Below the pieces are notes generated by a model, which was not told the DNA's origin, did no database searches, and saw nothing but the letters and a program-made list of their open reading frames with translations. Below, one piece after another: positions 56,225 through 64,000 of a DNA stretch of 64,000 nt. A program made the translations under genes and the position numbers. The stretch lies in contig CAXXYH010000004.1 of NCBI GenBank assembly GCA_963677925.2, positions 1,312,001 through 1,376,000 of the forward strand. The letters are read 5' to 3'. This DNA is from Spirochaetia bacterium. GTDB lineage: Bacteria; Spirochaetota; Spirochaetia; UBA9216. The number at the start of each line of letters is the position of its first letter. Position 1 is the first letter of the stretch.

Positions 56225-57631
56225 TTAAAGAATAAGGGCCGTTACCGACAGGATAATGAGCCCTTCAATAAAAAAGATCAGCGAGAACATTCCGTTCCAG
56301 TTGAAGGCTGCCTTTACTGAAGAGCATCCCGCGAACCTTGAAAGGGTAATAATTGTTCCCGCGAATGGCGATACCGAATAAGATATTGCACTTCCAAGCA
56401 GCAGTCCTAGGGCAATCATTGTGGAATATCCCGGAAGTGCGGCAGAAAGCAGAGAGCCGAGCAGGCCTACGCCCATGAGCGGATGTATACCTGTAAGCGA
56501 CAGGATTACAATAAATGGCGTAACAATCAGAAAATTGAACTGACCAAGTGAGCCTGCAGTATTTATAACCCAGCTGCTGAAAATTTCAATAAATGATGAT
56601 GCCTGAATTACCTTTGTAAATATCCCCATTGAAAGAAACAGTACTGAAAGATCAGGTACCACTTTCAATGAGCTGTTCCAGTATTCAGAGAATGCTTCTT
56701 TTATTATCCCTTTCTTTCTGTGAAAAGCTGTCCAGGCTGCCGCGGTTATGATTCCTACCAGTATAACCCTGGATGAGCCTGTAAGCAGGTTTAAAATGTC
56801 CAGCAGCATAACTCCTGCCAGGAGAATCAAAGAAACAGCCACAAGGATATAAATCTTTTTGGTATCGGCTTTTTTCACATCAGGATCGGGCGCCTCAGAG
56901 ATTGTGATCTTATGTCCCCTGAGGGCAGTAGAGCTTTCAAGCAGAATTGAAGAAGCAAAACCGATAATAGTCAGCAGAAGGGTAACCGGGATTACCTTCA
57001 TCCATTCCGCTCCTGTACTTTCCAGAACCAGAACTACACTGACTGCTCCGGGGGCCCACAGGGTTACCAGAGTGAAGCTCCTGCCGATAGCGGTCACGGC
57101 AAATCGGGCCGGATCTTTTACAAGGTCTTTGATCGGCTTTCCGAAAAAAGTATAAATCATCGGTACTGTTCCGAACAGCATGAAACTTCCGACTATATGC
57201 GAAATAAAACTGACAAAACTGAAAAGCCCCGATTCGCTGCTGAAACGACCCTTCAGATACCTTTCCAGAGTCTCATCATACCGGCCTGCACGTATCGGGA
57301 TTAGAAACAGCTGAAGTGCAGTCATTATTGCTGCTATTGCGAGCATCGAATTTACACCAGTGATGACGGTGGAAAAGCTGATGCCCTCGTAAATAAGCAG
57401 AAATGCAGAAAGAGTAATGAAAACTGCTGCCGGTTTTAAATATGATTTTTTTGTGAGAGGGATTCCTGTTAATATTATTACAATGCCCAGCCATCCGGTA
57501 ATTAAAGAAAAGTCAGCAGGCAGCATTGAGTCAAGCAGATAGAAAAACGCGGCTGCAACCAGTGCTATTCTGCATATTTGTCCGTCAATACTGATGAACT
57601 TTCCCGGTCTTACTGAGGTTGCTTTATTCAC
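56225..57631 (-). CDS. Polytopic membrane protein, putative transporter
   Basis: About 12-13 TM; RSF..LWAP, GIHP, SPFAGT motifs. Confidence 0.7.
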   Translation of the reverse strand: MNKATSVRPGKFISIDGQICRIALVAAAFFYLLDSMLPADFSLITGWLGIVIILTGIPLTKKSYLKPAAVFITLSAFLLIYEGISFSTVITGVNSMLAIAAIMTALQLFLIPIRAGRYDETLERYLKGRFSSESGLFSFVSFISHIVGSFMLFGTVPMIYTFFGKPIKDLVKDPARFAVTAIGRSFTLVTLWAPGAVSVVLVLESTGAEWMKVIPVTLLLTIIGFASSILLESSTALRGHKITISEAPDPDVKKADTKKIYILVAVSLILLAGVMLLDILNLLTGSSRVILVGIITAAAWTAFHRKKGIIKEAFSEYWNSSLKVVPDLSVLFLSMGIFTKVIQASSFIEIFSSWVINTAGSLGQFNFLIVTPFIVILSLTGIHPLMGVGLLGSLLSAALPGYSTMIALGLLLGSAISYSVSPFAGTIITLSRFAGCSSVKAAFNWNGMFSLIFFIEGLIILSVTALIL

Positions 57632-57920
57632 AAAAAATCTCCAAATCCACCTTCCCGCTTTTGTCGAAAATTATCCCTTCGCTTTCAAGAAGCTGCCTCT
57701 GCAGGTCGGCTCCGCTGCCGGTAAGAGAAATCCTGCCGCCTGAGTTTATCACTCTGTGCCAGGGCAGGCCGTGTTTCACGCTTGAACTGTGCAGAAGTCT
57801 TGATACCTGCCTTGCCGCCCTGGGATTTCCTGCCTTTACGGCTATGCTTCCATAGGTCTCAACACGGCCTTCGGGAATTGCGCTTATTATACAAATTACT
57901 GCTTTTGAAAACTCAGTCAT
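57624..57920 (-). CDS. Alkyltransferase-like protein (ATL/YbaZ type)
   Basis: IPEGRVETYG, AARQV, PWHRV (Trp replaces catalytic Cys), LESEG. Confidence 0.9.
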   Translation of the reverse strand: MTEFSKAVICIISAIPEGRVETYGSIAVKAGNPRAARQVSRLLHSSSVKHGLPWHRVINSGGRISLTGSGADLQRQLLESEGIIFDKSGKVDLEIFCE

Positions 57921-58728
57921 CTGACCTGTTTTTATCTGCAGGACAGACGGCCAGTGCGTAGTAGTATCTGCTGTCGGGAGTTCGCCAGCGGTCCAGTATG
58001 TAAAAACCCTGTATGCTGGCCTCGGCTATTTCAAGATTACTCTGTGTCGTTACGGTTCCGACAGAGTTTTCAAGTTTTACCTGTCCGTTTGATACACTGA
58101 TTGAGATCTGTTTAGCCATCTGGGCAAGAGCCTGCTCTTCAGCAGCTTCAAACGAGTCAGCCACGTAGCCTTTCTGCAGTGTTATTCCAACACTTGTGAT
58201 ATATCCGGGAATTTCCGGAGTATTGTTAATCCATGAAGGTTCTTTGTCTGCAGATCTGGGCGATATAATTACAGGAGGTGCATGTCCCTGAAGTTCTGCA
58301 AGTACATAGCTTCCATAATTGTCCTGCCAGCTTTCAATAATACTGAGATCTTCATAAAGCGACCCGGAAAGGTTCAAATCCCATGAAGCATCAAGATCGT
58401 CCATGTATCTGAACGATGTATTCACCTTTTCGCTGTAGAATTTAGACACAACATTAACTGAATAATAACGTGATGCCTGATCTGCCGCCTTCCGCAGCGC
58501 TGCCTCTTCTTCAAGCTCCCTGTTGCTCATTCTCTGGACTGCTGCAAAAAACACCGGGTTACCGTTCCTTGGGTATGTGTTAACAGCTTCACAGATGTCA
58601 GAGGATGAGAAATTTATCGGAGATTCTGATTTGTACTGATTTGAGGACTGGTTCCAGAAATCGTTAAATGACATGCAGGATGTCAGTGCTATGATCAGGG
58701 GCAGCAGAATTATTGAAAGCTTCTTCAT
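57913..58728 (-). CDS. LPP20-like lipoprotein
   Basis: LTSC lipobox; EPSWI, AEEQALAQMAKQI. Confidence 0.65.
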   Translation of the reverse strand: MKKLSIILLPLIIALTSCMSFNDFWNQSSNQYKSESPINFSSSDICEAVNTYPRNGNPVFFAAVQRMSNRELEEEAALRKAADQASRYYSVNVVSKFYSEKVNTSFRYMDDLDASWDLNLSGSLYEDLSIIESWQDNYGSYVLAELQGHAPPVIISPRSADKEPSWINNTPEIPGYITSVGITLQKGYVADSFEAAEEQALAQMAKQISISVSNGQVKLENSVGTVTTQSNLEIAEASIQGFYILDRWRTPDSRYYYALAVCPADKNRSDD

Positions 58729-58842
58729 CCTTCAATTATAGCAATTATGATATTAAAAATGAATAGTGAAAAAAATATTGCGTTTAAGCATTGCGGCTGT
58801 TTTTTCCTTTTCCTTCACAAATTACCTTAGTAAATTACTAAT

Positions 58843-59817
58843 ATGAAATCAAATAAATACGGCAGGGCTGTAAGCGCCCTTGGTTTGTTTATTTTAGCAG
58901 TTTTTCCGGCATTCTCATCAGGAGCGCCTGAAGTTGCAGAGGAGGCATCAGTGAGCAGTGAATCAAAAGATCTTCTTAACAGCAGATTGGATATAAATTC
59001 ATACAGGGTAATAGAGGAAAAGGCTACGGAGCGGCCGTTTACAGGCGAGTTCTGGGATTATCATGAACAGGGGACCTATGTCTGCAGGCGATGCAGGACT
59101 CCGCTTTATGAATCGGTTACGAAATTCGATTCCGGCTGCGGCTGGCCTAGTTTTGATGATGAGATAGATGGCGCAGTTCGGCGGCAGACCGATGCAGATG
59201 GCAGCCGGACCGAGATTCTGTGTGCGGAATGCGGGGCCCACCTGGGCCATGTTTTTACAGGAGAAGGCTTTACAGAAAAAAATACAAGGCACTGTGTTAA
59301 CTCTCTTTCAATGGATTTTATTCCTGCTGAAGGTGAGACCGGGCGCGCAGTATTCGCCGGCGGATGTTTCTGGGGAGTTGAACACTACTTCAACAGACTT
59401 GAAGGTGTTATCGGTACTACAGTAGGCTATACAGGCGGTCACAAGGCTTATCCAACGTATAAAGAGGTCTGTTATACTGATACCGGTCATGTAGAAGCAA
59501 TTGAGGTCCTTTATGATCCTGATGCGGTCACATACCGGGAACTTGCAACGCTGTTTTTTGAAATTCATGATCCTGAACAGACTAATGGTCAGGGGCCGGA
59601 CATTGGCGAGCAGTATCTTTCAAGGGTTTTTTATGAAAATGAGACCCAGAAAGCAGCTGCACAGGAGCTGATAAACATTCTGACTGAAAAGGGATACACT
59701 GTTGCAACGGAGCTTGAGCCTTCCGGAGCTTTCTGGCCGGCCGAGGACTACCATCAGGACTATTACCTTAATAACGGAAAGGTTCCATACTGTCATGCCT
59801 ATGTAAAGCGGTTTTGA
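58843..59817 (+). CDS. msrAB: Bifunctional methionine sulfoxide reductase MsrB-MsrA with signal peptide
   Basis: TERPFTG, CRRC/CAEC, GWPSF, HLGHVF, RHCVNS; GGCFWG, GYTGG, AEDYHQ. Confidence 0.96.
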   Translation: MKSNKYGRAVSALGLFILAVFPAFSSGAPEVAEEASVSSESKDLLNSRLDINSYRVIEEKATERPFTGEFWDYHEQGTYVCRRCRTPLYESVTKFDSGCGWPSFDDEIDGAVRRQTDADGSRTEILCAECGAHLGHVFTGEGFTEKNTRHCVNSLSMDFIPAEGETGRAVFAGGCFWGVEHYFNRLEGVIGTTVGYTGGHKAYPTYKEVCYTDTGHVEAIEVLYDPDAVTYRELATLFFEIHDPEQTNGQGPDIGEQYLSRVFYENETQKAAAQELINILTEKGYTVATELEPSGAFWPAEDYHQDYYLNNGKVPYCHAYVKRF

Positions 59818-59843
59818 GTGAAAAGCGGAAGCCGTGAAGGGAT

Positions 59844-59883
59844 AAAAAAAAGGGCAGATCAGAATTATCTGCTGATCTGCCCT
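59844..59883 (-). terminator. Rho-independent terminator
   Basis: AGGGCAGATCAG/CTGATCTGCCCT plus T-run on minus strand. Confidence 0.85.
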
Positions 59884-59905
59884 GTGAGTAACTTGTAAAG
59901 TCAGC

Positions 59906-60811
59906 TTATTTAAAAGCTTTGTTGAAAATCTCTACGAATTCGTTAACATGAACGCTAACGCCTGCGATTGCATCAGTTTTACCGTCTGCATTCACAGCCA
60001 TGATTGCCTGGTTCTTAAGGATGTAATCCTCAACCTTGGCAGCCTGCTCGTTCCACTCGAACTGTGAACCTGCTTTCTTCATGCCGTAGACTTCGCCGAT
60101 CTGGTCTTTAGATAACGGAGCGTTTGCATCAACTTTTCCATTTGCATCTTTTCCGAAGTAAGCTGCATCTTTACCGTCTGCAGCGGGCTTGTTTGAGTAA
60201 ACTGAGTTGTAGTTAACATCAACAATAGTTCCGTTTGCAACAATGAAGTCTGCTGCTGTTGCCCAGCCTGTGTTTCCAGCAGGAAGTTTAACATTTACAA
60301 CATAATCTTTAGCCTTGAAGTTTCCTGCCGGTACAGCTGTACTGGAAAGAGCTTTCTCAACAAGAGTAAAGAATTCAACAACATGGATTGAAACACCTGC
60401 ACCGCCGTCGGTTTTAAGCATATCTGTATGTCCATGGTCATCTGTGTATTTCATTGCTGCCGGATTCTGGTTTGCAAGCAGCCATTTTTCAGCAGCTTCA
60501 GCCTGTTCGTACCAGTATGATGCAGCTTTACCGAATTTAACCATTCCGTACTGCTTGTTTTCTGACATTCTTCTCTTGTCGCCGTTTGGCTGAACGTTTG
60601 TTCCGCCCCAGTATGCATCAGTAATTTTTCCGCCGTCTACAGTAACAACTACAAAGTACTTGTAGCCGGAACCTGCAAAAGCGTCTTCCTGTGCAAAATA
60701 TACGCCGTCTGTGTAAGCGGCAGCTGCGCCTTCCTGCTGTCCTTCAGCAAAAACTGCAGAAGCTGTAAGCAGAACGGCCAAAACGATGAAGATTGATACT
60801 AATTTCTTCAT
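59906..60811 (-). CDS. Exported tandem FMN-binding-domain protein (Tp15/PplA-like)
   Basis: VFAEGQQE signal; YTDGVY, twin W.EQA...Q and (D)xxAGVS.HV.EF repeats; promoter TTGACT-17-TATACT (60866-60894). Confidence 0.78.
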   Translation of the reverse strand: MKKLVSIFIVLAVLLTASAVFAEGQQEGAAAAYTDGVYFAQEDAFAGSGYKYFVVVTVDGGKITDAYWGGTNVQPNGDKRRMSENKQYGMVKFGKAASYWYEQAEAAEKWLLANQNPAAMKYTDDHGHTDMLKTDGGAGVSIHVVEFFTLVEKALSSTAVPAGNFKAKDYVVNVKLPAGNTGWATAADFIVANGTIVDVNYNSVYSNKPAADGKDAAYFGKDANGKVDANAPLSKDQIGEVYGMKKAGSQFEWNEQAAKVEDYILKNQAIMAVNADGKTDAIAGVSVHVNEFVEIFNKAFK

Positions 60812-60924
60812 GTGCATCTCCTTTGAGTTCCATACCTGATATAAAAGGTTGGTTATTTATACTGGAGTATAGTGGAAATCATATGAAAAGTCAAATACCG
60901 ATAAAAATATATTTGTAATAATTT

Positions 60925-61353
60925 TTAAGAAATTACTCCCTTCTTCAGTAAAATATTTGCATAAAGGGCTGTTTCACCGCTTGCAAGTACTGCGAATGCC
61001 TGTTTTGCTCTCTCGTAATACTCGAAACGTTCTATATACTCATACTGGACATCAAAACTTTCATGTTTTGCGATTATTTTCTTGTATTCATCCCAGATTA
61101 CGGGGACTGTAGGATCTCCCGGTGTTACTTCCATCAGTCCTACCTGATATTCAGCGTAGGTATCCAGCGGAAAAAGCTGCAGTATGGCCTCAAGCAGGAC
61201 GGGAACACTATGCCCGTCGGCTCTTACGAGTCTCTGAGCCATCGATGCGGACGGAAAGTTGGCATCTCCTATCACTATAGTGTCTCCATGTCCCATTTCC
61301 TGCAGAATTTTAAGAAGTTCCGGCGATATAACCGGTGAAATACCTTTTAGCAT
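60925..61353 (-). CDS. fucU: L-fucose mutarotase (RbsD/FucU family)
   Basis: MLKGI, EMGHGD..DANFP, FPLD, ERFEYYERAK, YANILLKKGV. Confidence 0.92.
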   Translation of the reverse strand: MLKGISPVISPELLKILQEMGHGDTIVIGDANFPSASMAQRLVRADGHSVPVLLEAILQLFPLDTYAEYQVGLMEVTPGDPTVPVIWDEYKKIIAKHESFDVQYEYIERFEYYERAKQAFAVLASGETALYANILLKKGVIS

Positions 61354-61405
61354 ATTGTACCCCTATTAATTATTATAGCTTTCCTCACCGGCTTCCTGCC
61401 GGCGT

Positions 61406-61434
61406 TTGACATCAAATTAGAATTATTTTATCAT
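61406..61434 (+). promoter_or_regulatory. sigma70 promoter TTGACA-17-TATCAT, predicted leaderless start
   Basis: -10 ends 6 nt before ATG 61441; no SD. Confidence 0.75.
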
Positions 61435-61440
61435 CATACA

Positions 61441-62541
61441 ATGAGATATGCACTAATTATAGCAGGCGGAAAGGGCACAAGATTATGGCCTATGAGTACT
61501 GGTTCACAGCCAAAGCAGCTGATCCCCTTTGTTAATGGAAAAAGTTTACTTCAGATTGCCTACGAACGGCTTGAAGGTCTTGTTGAAAACAATCACAGAT
61601 TTATCTGCGCAGGAAGTGCTCATATGGATATGATTATATCAAGGATCCCGGGGATGGGAGCCGGACGTTTTATCGGAGAGCCTGTCGGGCGCGACACCCT
61701 GAACGCTCTTGCCTACAGTGCTGCAGTCATTCACAAACTTGATAAAGATGCGGTAATAGGTGTTTTTACTGCAGATCATATCATACAGCCCGAAGATAAA
61801 TTCCGTAAGATAGTTGAAGAGGGTTACCGGATTGCAGAGAGCTCTGAAAATACCCTTGTAACCTTCGGTATAACTCCTGATCATCCTGCAACCGGGTTCG
61901 GATACCTTGAACTTGGAGAAACTCTTCAGGGCTCTTCAACTGCAAAGACACTTAAAAGATTCAAGGAAAAACCCGATCTTGAAACCGCTGCTTCCTACAT
62001 TGAAGCCGGACCTGAATCATACCTCTGGAACAGCGGAATGTTTGTGTGGAAGGCCTCAACTCTTCTAAACTGTGTAAAAAAATATGAACCTGAAATTTAC
62101 AGCCGGATTTCTGAACTCGGCGAATCATACGGAACACAGGATTTTGATTCAGTTATCAGCAGGATTTATCCTGAACTGAAAAAAATAAGTGTGGATTTTG
62201 CTGTAATGGAACCTGCATCAGAAGATCCTGATATGACTATTGCTGCCGTCCCCATGCCTCTCAGCTGGCTTGATATAGGGTCCTGGCCCTCTTATGCTGA
62301 AACCTGTGACGCCGATGCGGATGTAAACCGCAGCTCATCAGTGAACTCTGTTTTCACAGACTGCCGCGGTGTTCTTGCCGTATCCGATGACCCTGAGCAT
62401 CTAATAACCGGGATAGGCCTTGAGGACATGATTATTATCAGGACAAAAAAAGCTACTCTTGTATGTCCAAAAGACAGGGCGCAGGATATTAAAAATCTCT
62501 ATGACGAAGTTGAAAAGAGCTTCGGGGATGAATACATCTGA
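61441..62541 (+). CDS. manC: Mannose-1-phosphate guanylyltransferase (no PMI domain)
   Basis: AGGKGTRLWPMS..PKQ, EPVGRDT, ADH, FKEKP, WNSGMF, SVDFAVME, WLDIGSW. Confidence 0.9.
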   Translation: MRYALIIAGGKGTRLWPMSTGSQPKQLIPFVNGKSLLQIAYERLEGLVENNHRFICAGSAHMDMIISRIPGMGAGRFIGEPVGRDTLNALAYSAAVIHKLDKDAVIGVFTADHIIQPEDKFRKIVEEGYRIAESSENTLVTFGITPDHPATGFGYLELGETLQGSSTAKTLKRFKEKPDLETAASYIEAGPESYLWNSGMFVWKASTLLNCVKKYEPEIYSRISELGESYGTQDFDSVISRIYPELKKISVDFAVMEPASEDPDMTIAAVPMPLSWLDIGSWPSYAETCDADADVNRSSSVNSVFTDCRGVLAVSDDPEHLITGIGLEDMIIIRTKKATLVCPKDRAQDIKNLYDEVEKSFGDEYI

Positions 62542-62625
62542 TTCTCTTAGGTCAGATAATGATTGATATCTGCCCGCTTCGATGCTATTAATTAAAGTTA
62601 GAATAAACAAATATAGAGGTTTCCT

Positions 62626-64000
62626 GTGCCTGAATCATACCGAAAGCTGACAAAAGAAGAAATTAGGATAATGGAGGAGCGTGGCTGCTCTTCCGAGGAG
62701 TGGGACAGAGTCCTGGCTTCGGAAAACGGCTTCGATCCGCAGAGATTCAAGCACACAATATTTCACGGCGACATCAGGCTAGGCCTGATGGAAAAGAAGT
62801 TTGAGACCACCAGCGGAATTATCAGAACCAGCGGGGTTTATAATTCTGTACTTCATAACTGTGTTATCAAAGACAATGTGTATATACGCAATGTATCTAA
62901 TTATATATCAAACTATATAATTGAAAGTGATGTTATTATTGATGATGTTAATACCCTGGAAGTTACAGAAGACTCATCCTTCGGAAACGGGGTAAGAGCT
63001 TCTGTCATAAACGAGGCCGGCGGCAGGGAAGTTCCCATATATGACCGGCTTTCGGCTCATGAAGCCTATGTAATTGCTTTCTACCGTCACAGGATAAAAC
63101 TGATTGACGGGTTGCGGACGCTTATTGATGCATACTCAGAAAAGGTTACTTCCCATACCGGTATAATCGGCCGGGGCTCAAAGATATCCAACTGCGGAAA
63201 TATCCGTAATGTCAAGGTCGGCGAATATGCCGAGCTTTACGGAATAGTCAGGCTTAACAACGGAACGGTGAACAGTAATAAAACTGCTCCGACAACAGTT
63301 GGAGCCGGTGTAATAGCTGATGACTTTATTATGGCTACAGGCTGCAGCGTGACAGACGGTGTAATCCTGGACAAGTGTTTCATCGGACAGGCTACTGAAC
63401 TTTCAAAACAGTATTCGGCTGAGAACTCCGTGTTTTTTGCAAACTGCGGAGGTTTTCACGGTGAAGCCTGTTCTGTTTTCGCCGGGCCCTATACGGTTAC
63501 CCACCATAAAAGCACACTGCTGATTGCAGGTTTTTATTCATTTATGAACGCCGGTTCGGCTTCAAACCAGAGCAATCACCTTTACAAGCTGGGACCTGTG
63601 CATCAGGGGATCCTGGAAAGGGGAACAAAAACCACTTCAAATTCGTATATCCTTTTCCCTGCGAGAATCGGCGCCTTTACTCTTGTAATGGGCAGGCATA
63701 CTGCAAATCCCGACACCTCCGATTTTCCGTTCAGCTACCTCCTTGAAGATGACGATGAAAGTGTCCTTGTTCCCGGAGTAAATATAAAGAGTGTCGGAAC
63801 CATCCGCGACTCCAAGAAGTGGCCCAGGCGCGATCAGAGAATTGATACTGATATTCTTGATAACATTACATTTCATCTGCTTACGCCCTACACGGTTCAG
63901 AAGATGATAAGCGGTAAATATCTGCTGGAAAACCTGAGAGAAAGCTCGGGGCATTCAACCCAGAAGTACTACCATAACGGTGTAAGAATTGCGCGAACAT
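62626..64000 (+). CDS. DUF4954-family protein, 3'-truncated by window edge (absent from ORF track)
   Basis: GAGGT SD plus GTG; YRKLTKEEI, NEAGGREV, HGEACSVFAGPYTVTHHKSTLLIAG, SNQSNHLYKLGPVHQG; still in frame at the window end. Confidence 0.85.
   Translation, partial: MPESYRKLTKEEIRIMEERGCSSEEWDRVLASENGFDPQRFKHTIFHGDIRLGLMEKKFETTSGIIRTSGVYNSVLHNCVIKDNVYIRNVSNYISNYIIESDVIIDDVNTLEVTEDSSFGNGVRASVINEAGGREVPIYDRLSAHEAYVIAFYRHRIKLIDGLRTLIDAYSEKVTSHTGIIGRGSKISNCGNIRNVKVGEYAELYGIVRLNNGTVNSNKTAPTTVGAGVIADDFIMATGCSVTDGVILDKCFIGQATELSKQYSAENSVFFANCGGFHGEACSVFAGPYTVTHHKSTLLIAGFYSFMNAGSASNQSNHLYKLGPVHQGILERGTKTTSNSYILFPARIGAFTLVMGRHTANPDTSDFPFSYLLEDDDESVLVPGVNIKSVGTIRDSKKWPRRDQRIDTDILDNITFHLLTPYTVQKMISGKYLLENLRESSGHSTQKYYHNGVRIART

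Noticed and set aside
57624-57920. Inactivated O6-methylguanine methyltransferase as a novelty
   Set aside because: PWHRV is the normal signature of the known ATL family
59826-59841. CGGAAGCCGTGAAGGG matching (15/16) the reverse complement of part of the GRE-2 terminator
   Set aside because: Too short, single instance; may be a terminator remnant or chance
721-62610. Numerous 60-200 aa ORFs antisense or out of frame within long genes (e.g. 35464-36078, 41979-42548, 50916-51440)
   Set aside because: Shadow ORFs with no recognisable motifs, inside well-supported genes
63637-63954. 105-aa minus-strand ORF
   Set aside because: Shadow of the plus-strand DUF4954 gene that the track missed because it has no stop in the window
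1-64000. Prophage, genomic-island boundaries, tRNA/rRNA, stop-codon recoding or frameshifted pseudogenes
   Set aside because: No integrase, att-like repeats or RNA gene signatures seen; recognised proteins appear full length. The left third looks more AT-rich, but I could not quantify it

Overview
Gene-dense bacterial chromosomal segment, most likely from an anaerobic free-living spirochaete (inferred from repeated 'FA-G/xxQE' export signals, a P13-like porin and a Tp15-like FMN-binding protein). It is dominated by catabolic modules: two peptide-type ABC systems, a sugar ABC system with a SBP/LytS/YesN-type sensor, TRAP and TTT carboxylate transporters, a NikR-linked FecCD-type ABC system, hydrolases, two MmgE/PrpD paralogs and two paralogous glycyl radical enzymes (GREs). 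I saw no rRNA, tRNA, CRISPR array, transposase or integrase. Best candidate for an undescribed system: a PucR-family regulator divergent from tctB-tctA-tctC, prpD-like, capA-like and a GRE. The GRE has a non-canonical G-C-x-D Cys loop, and two promoters of matching architecture (paired 15-bp boxes 32 bp apart plus TGTTAG[C/G]CT) link the GRE to the transporter operon. A second G-C-x-D GRE sits behind a MerR-type 19-bp-spacer promoter, and no activating enzyme is present in the window. Also notable: a possible prenyltransferase-like protein with a C-terminal Trp overlapping a membrane LuxR gene, several enzymes with altered catalytic motifs, two small ORFs missed by the ORF track, and four apparently leaderless genes. 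All calls are by-eye motif recognition; no database searches were run.
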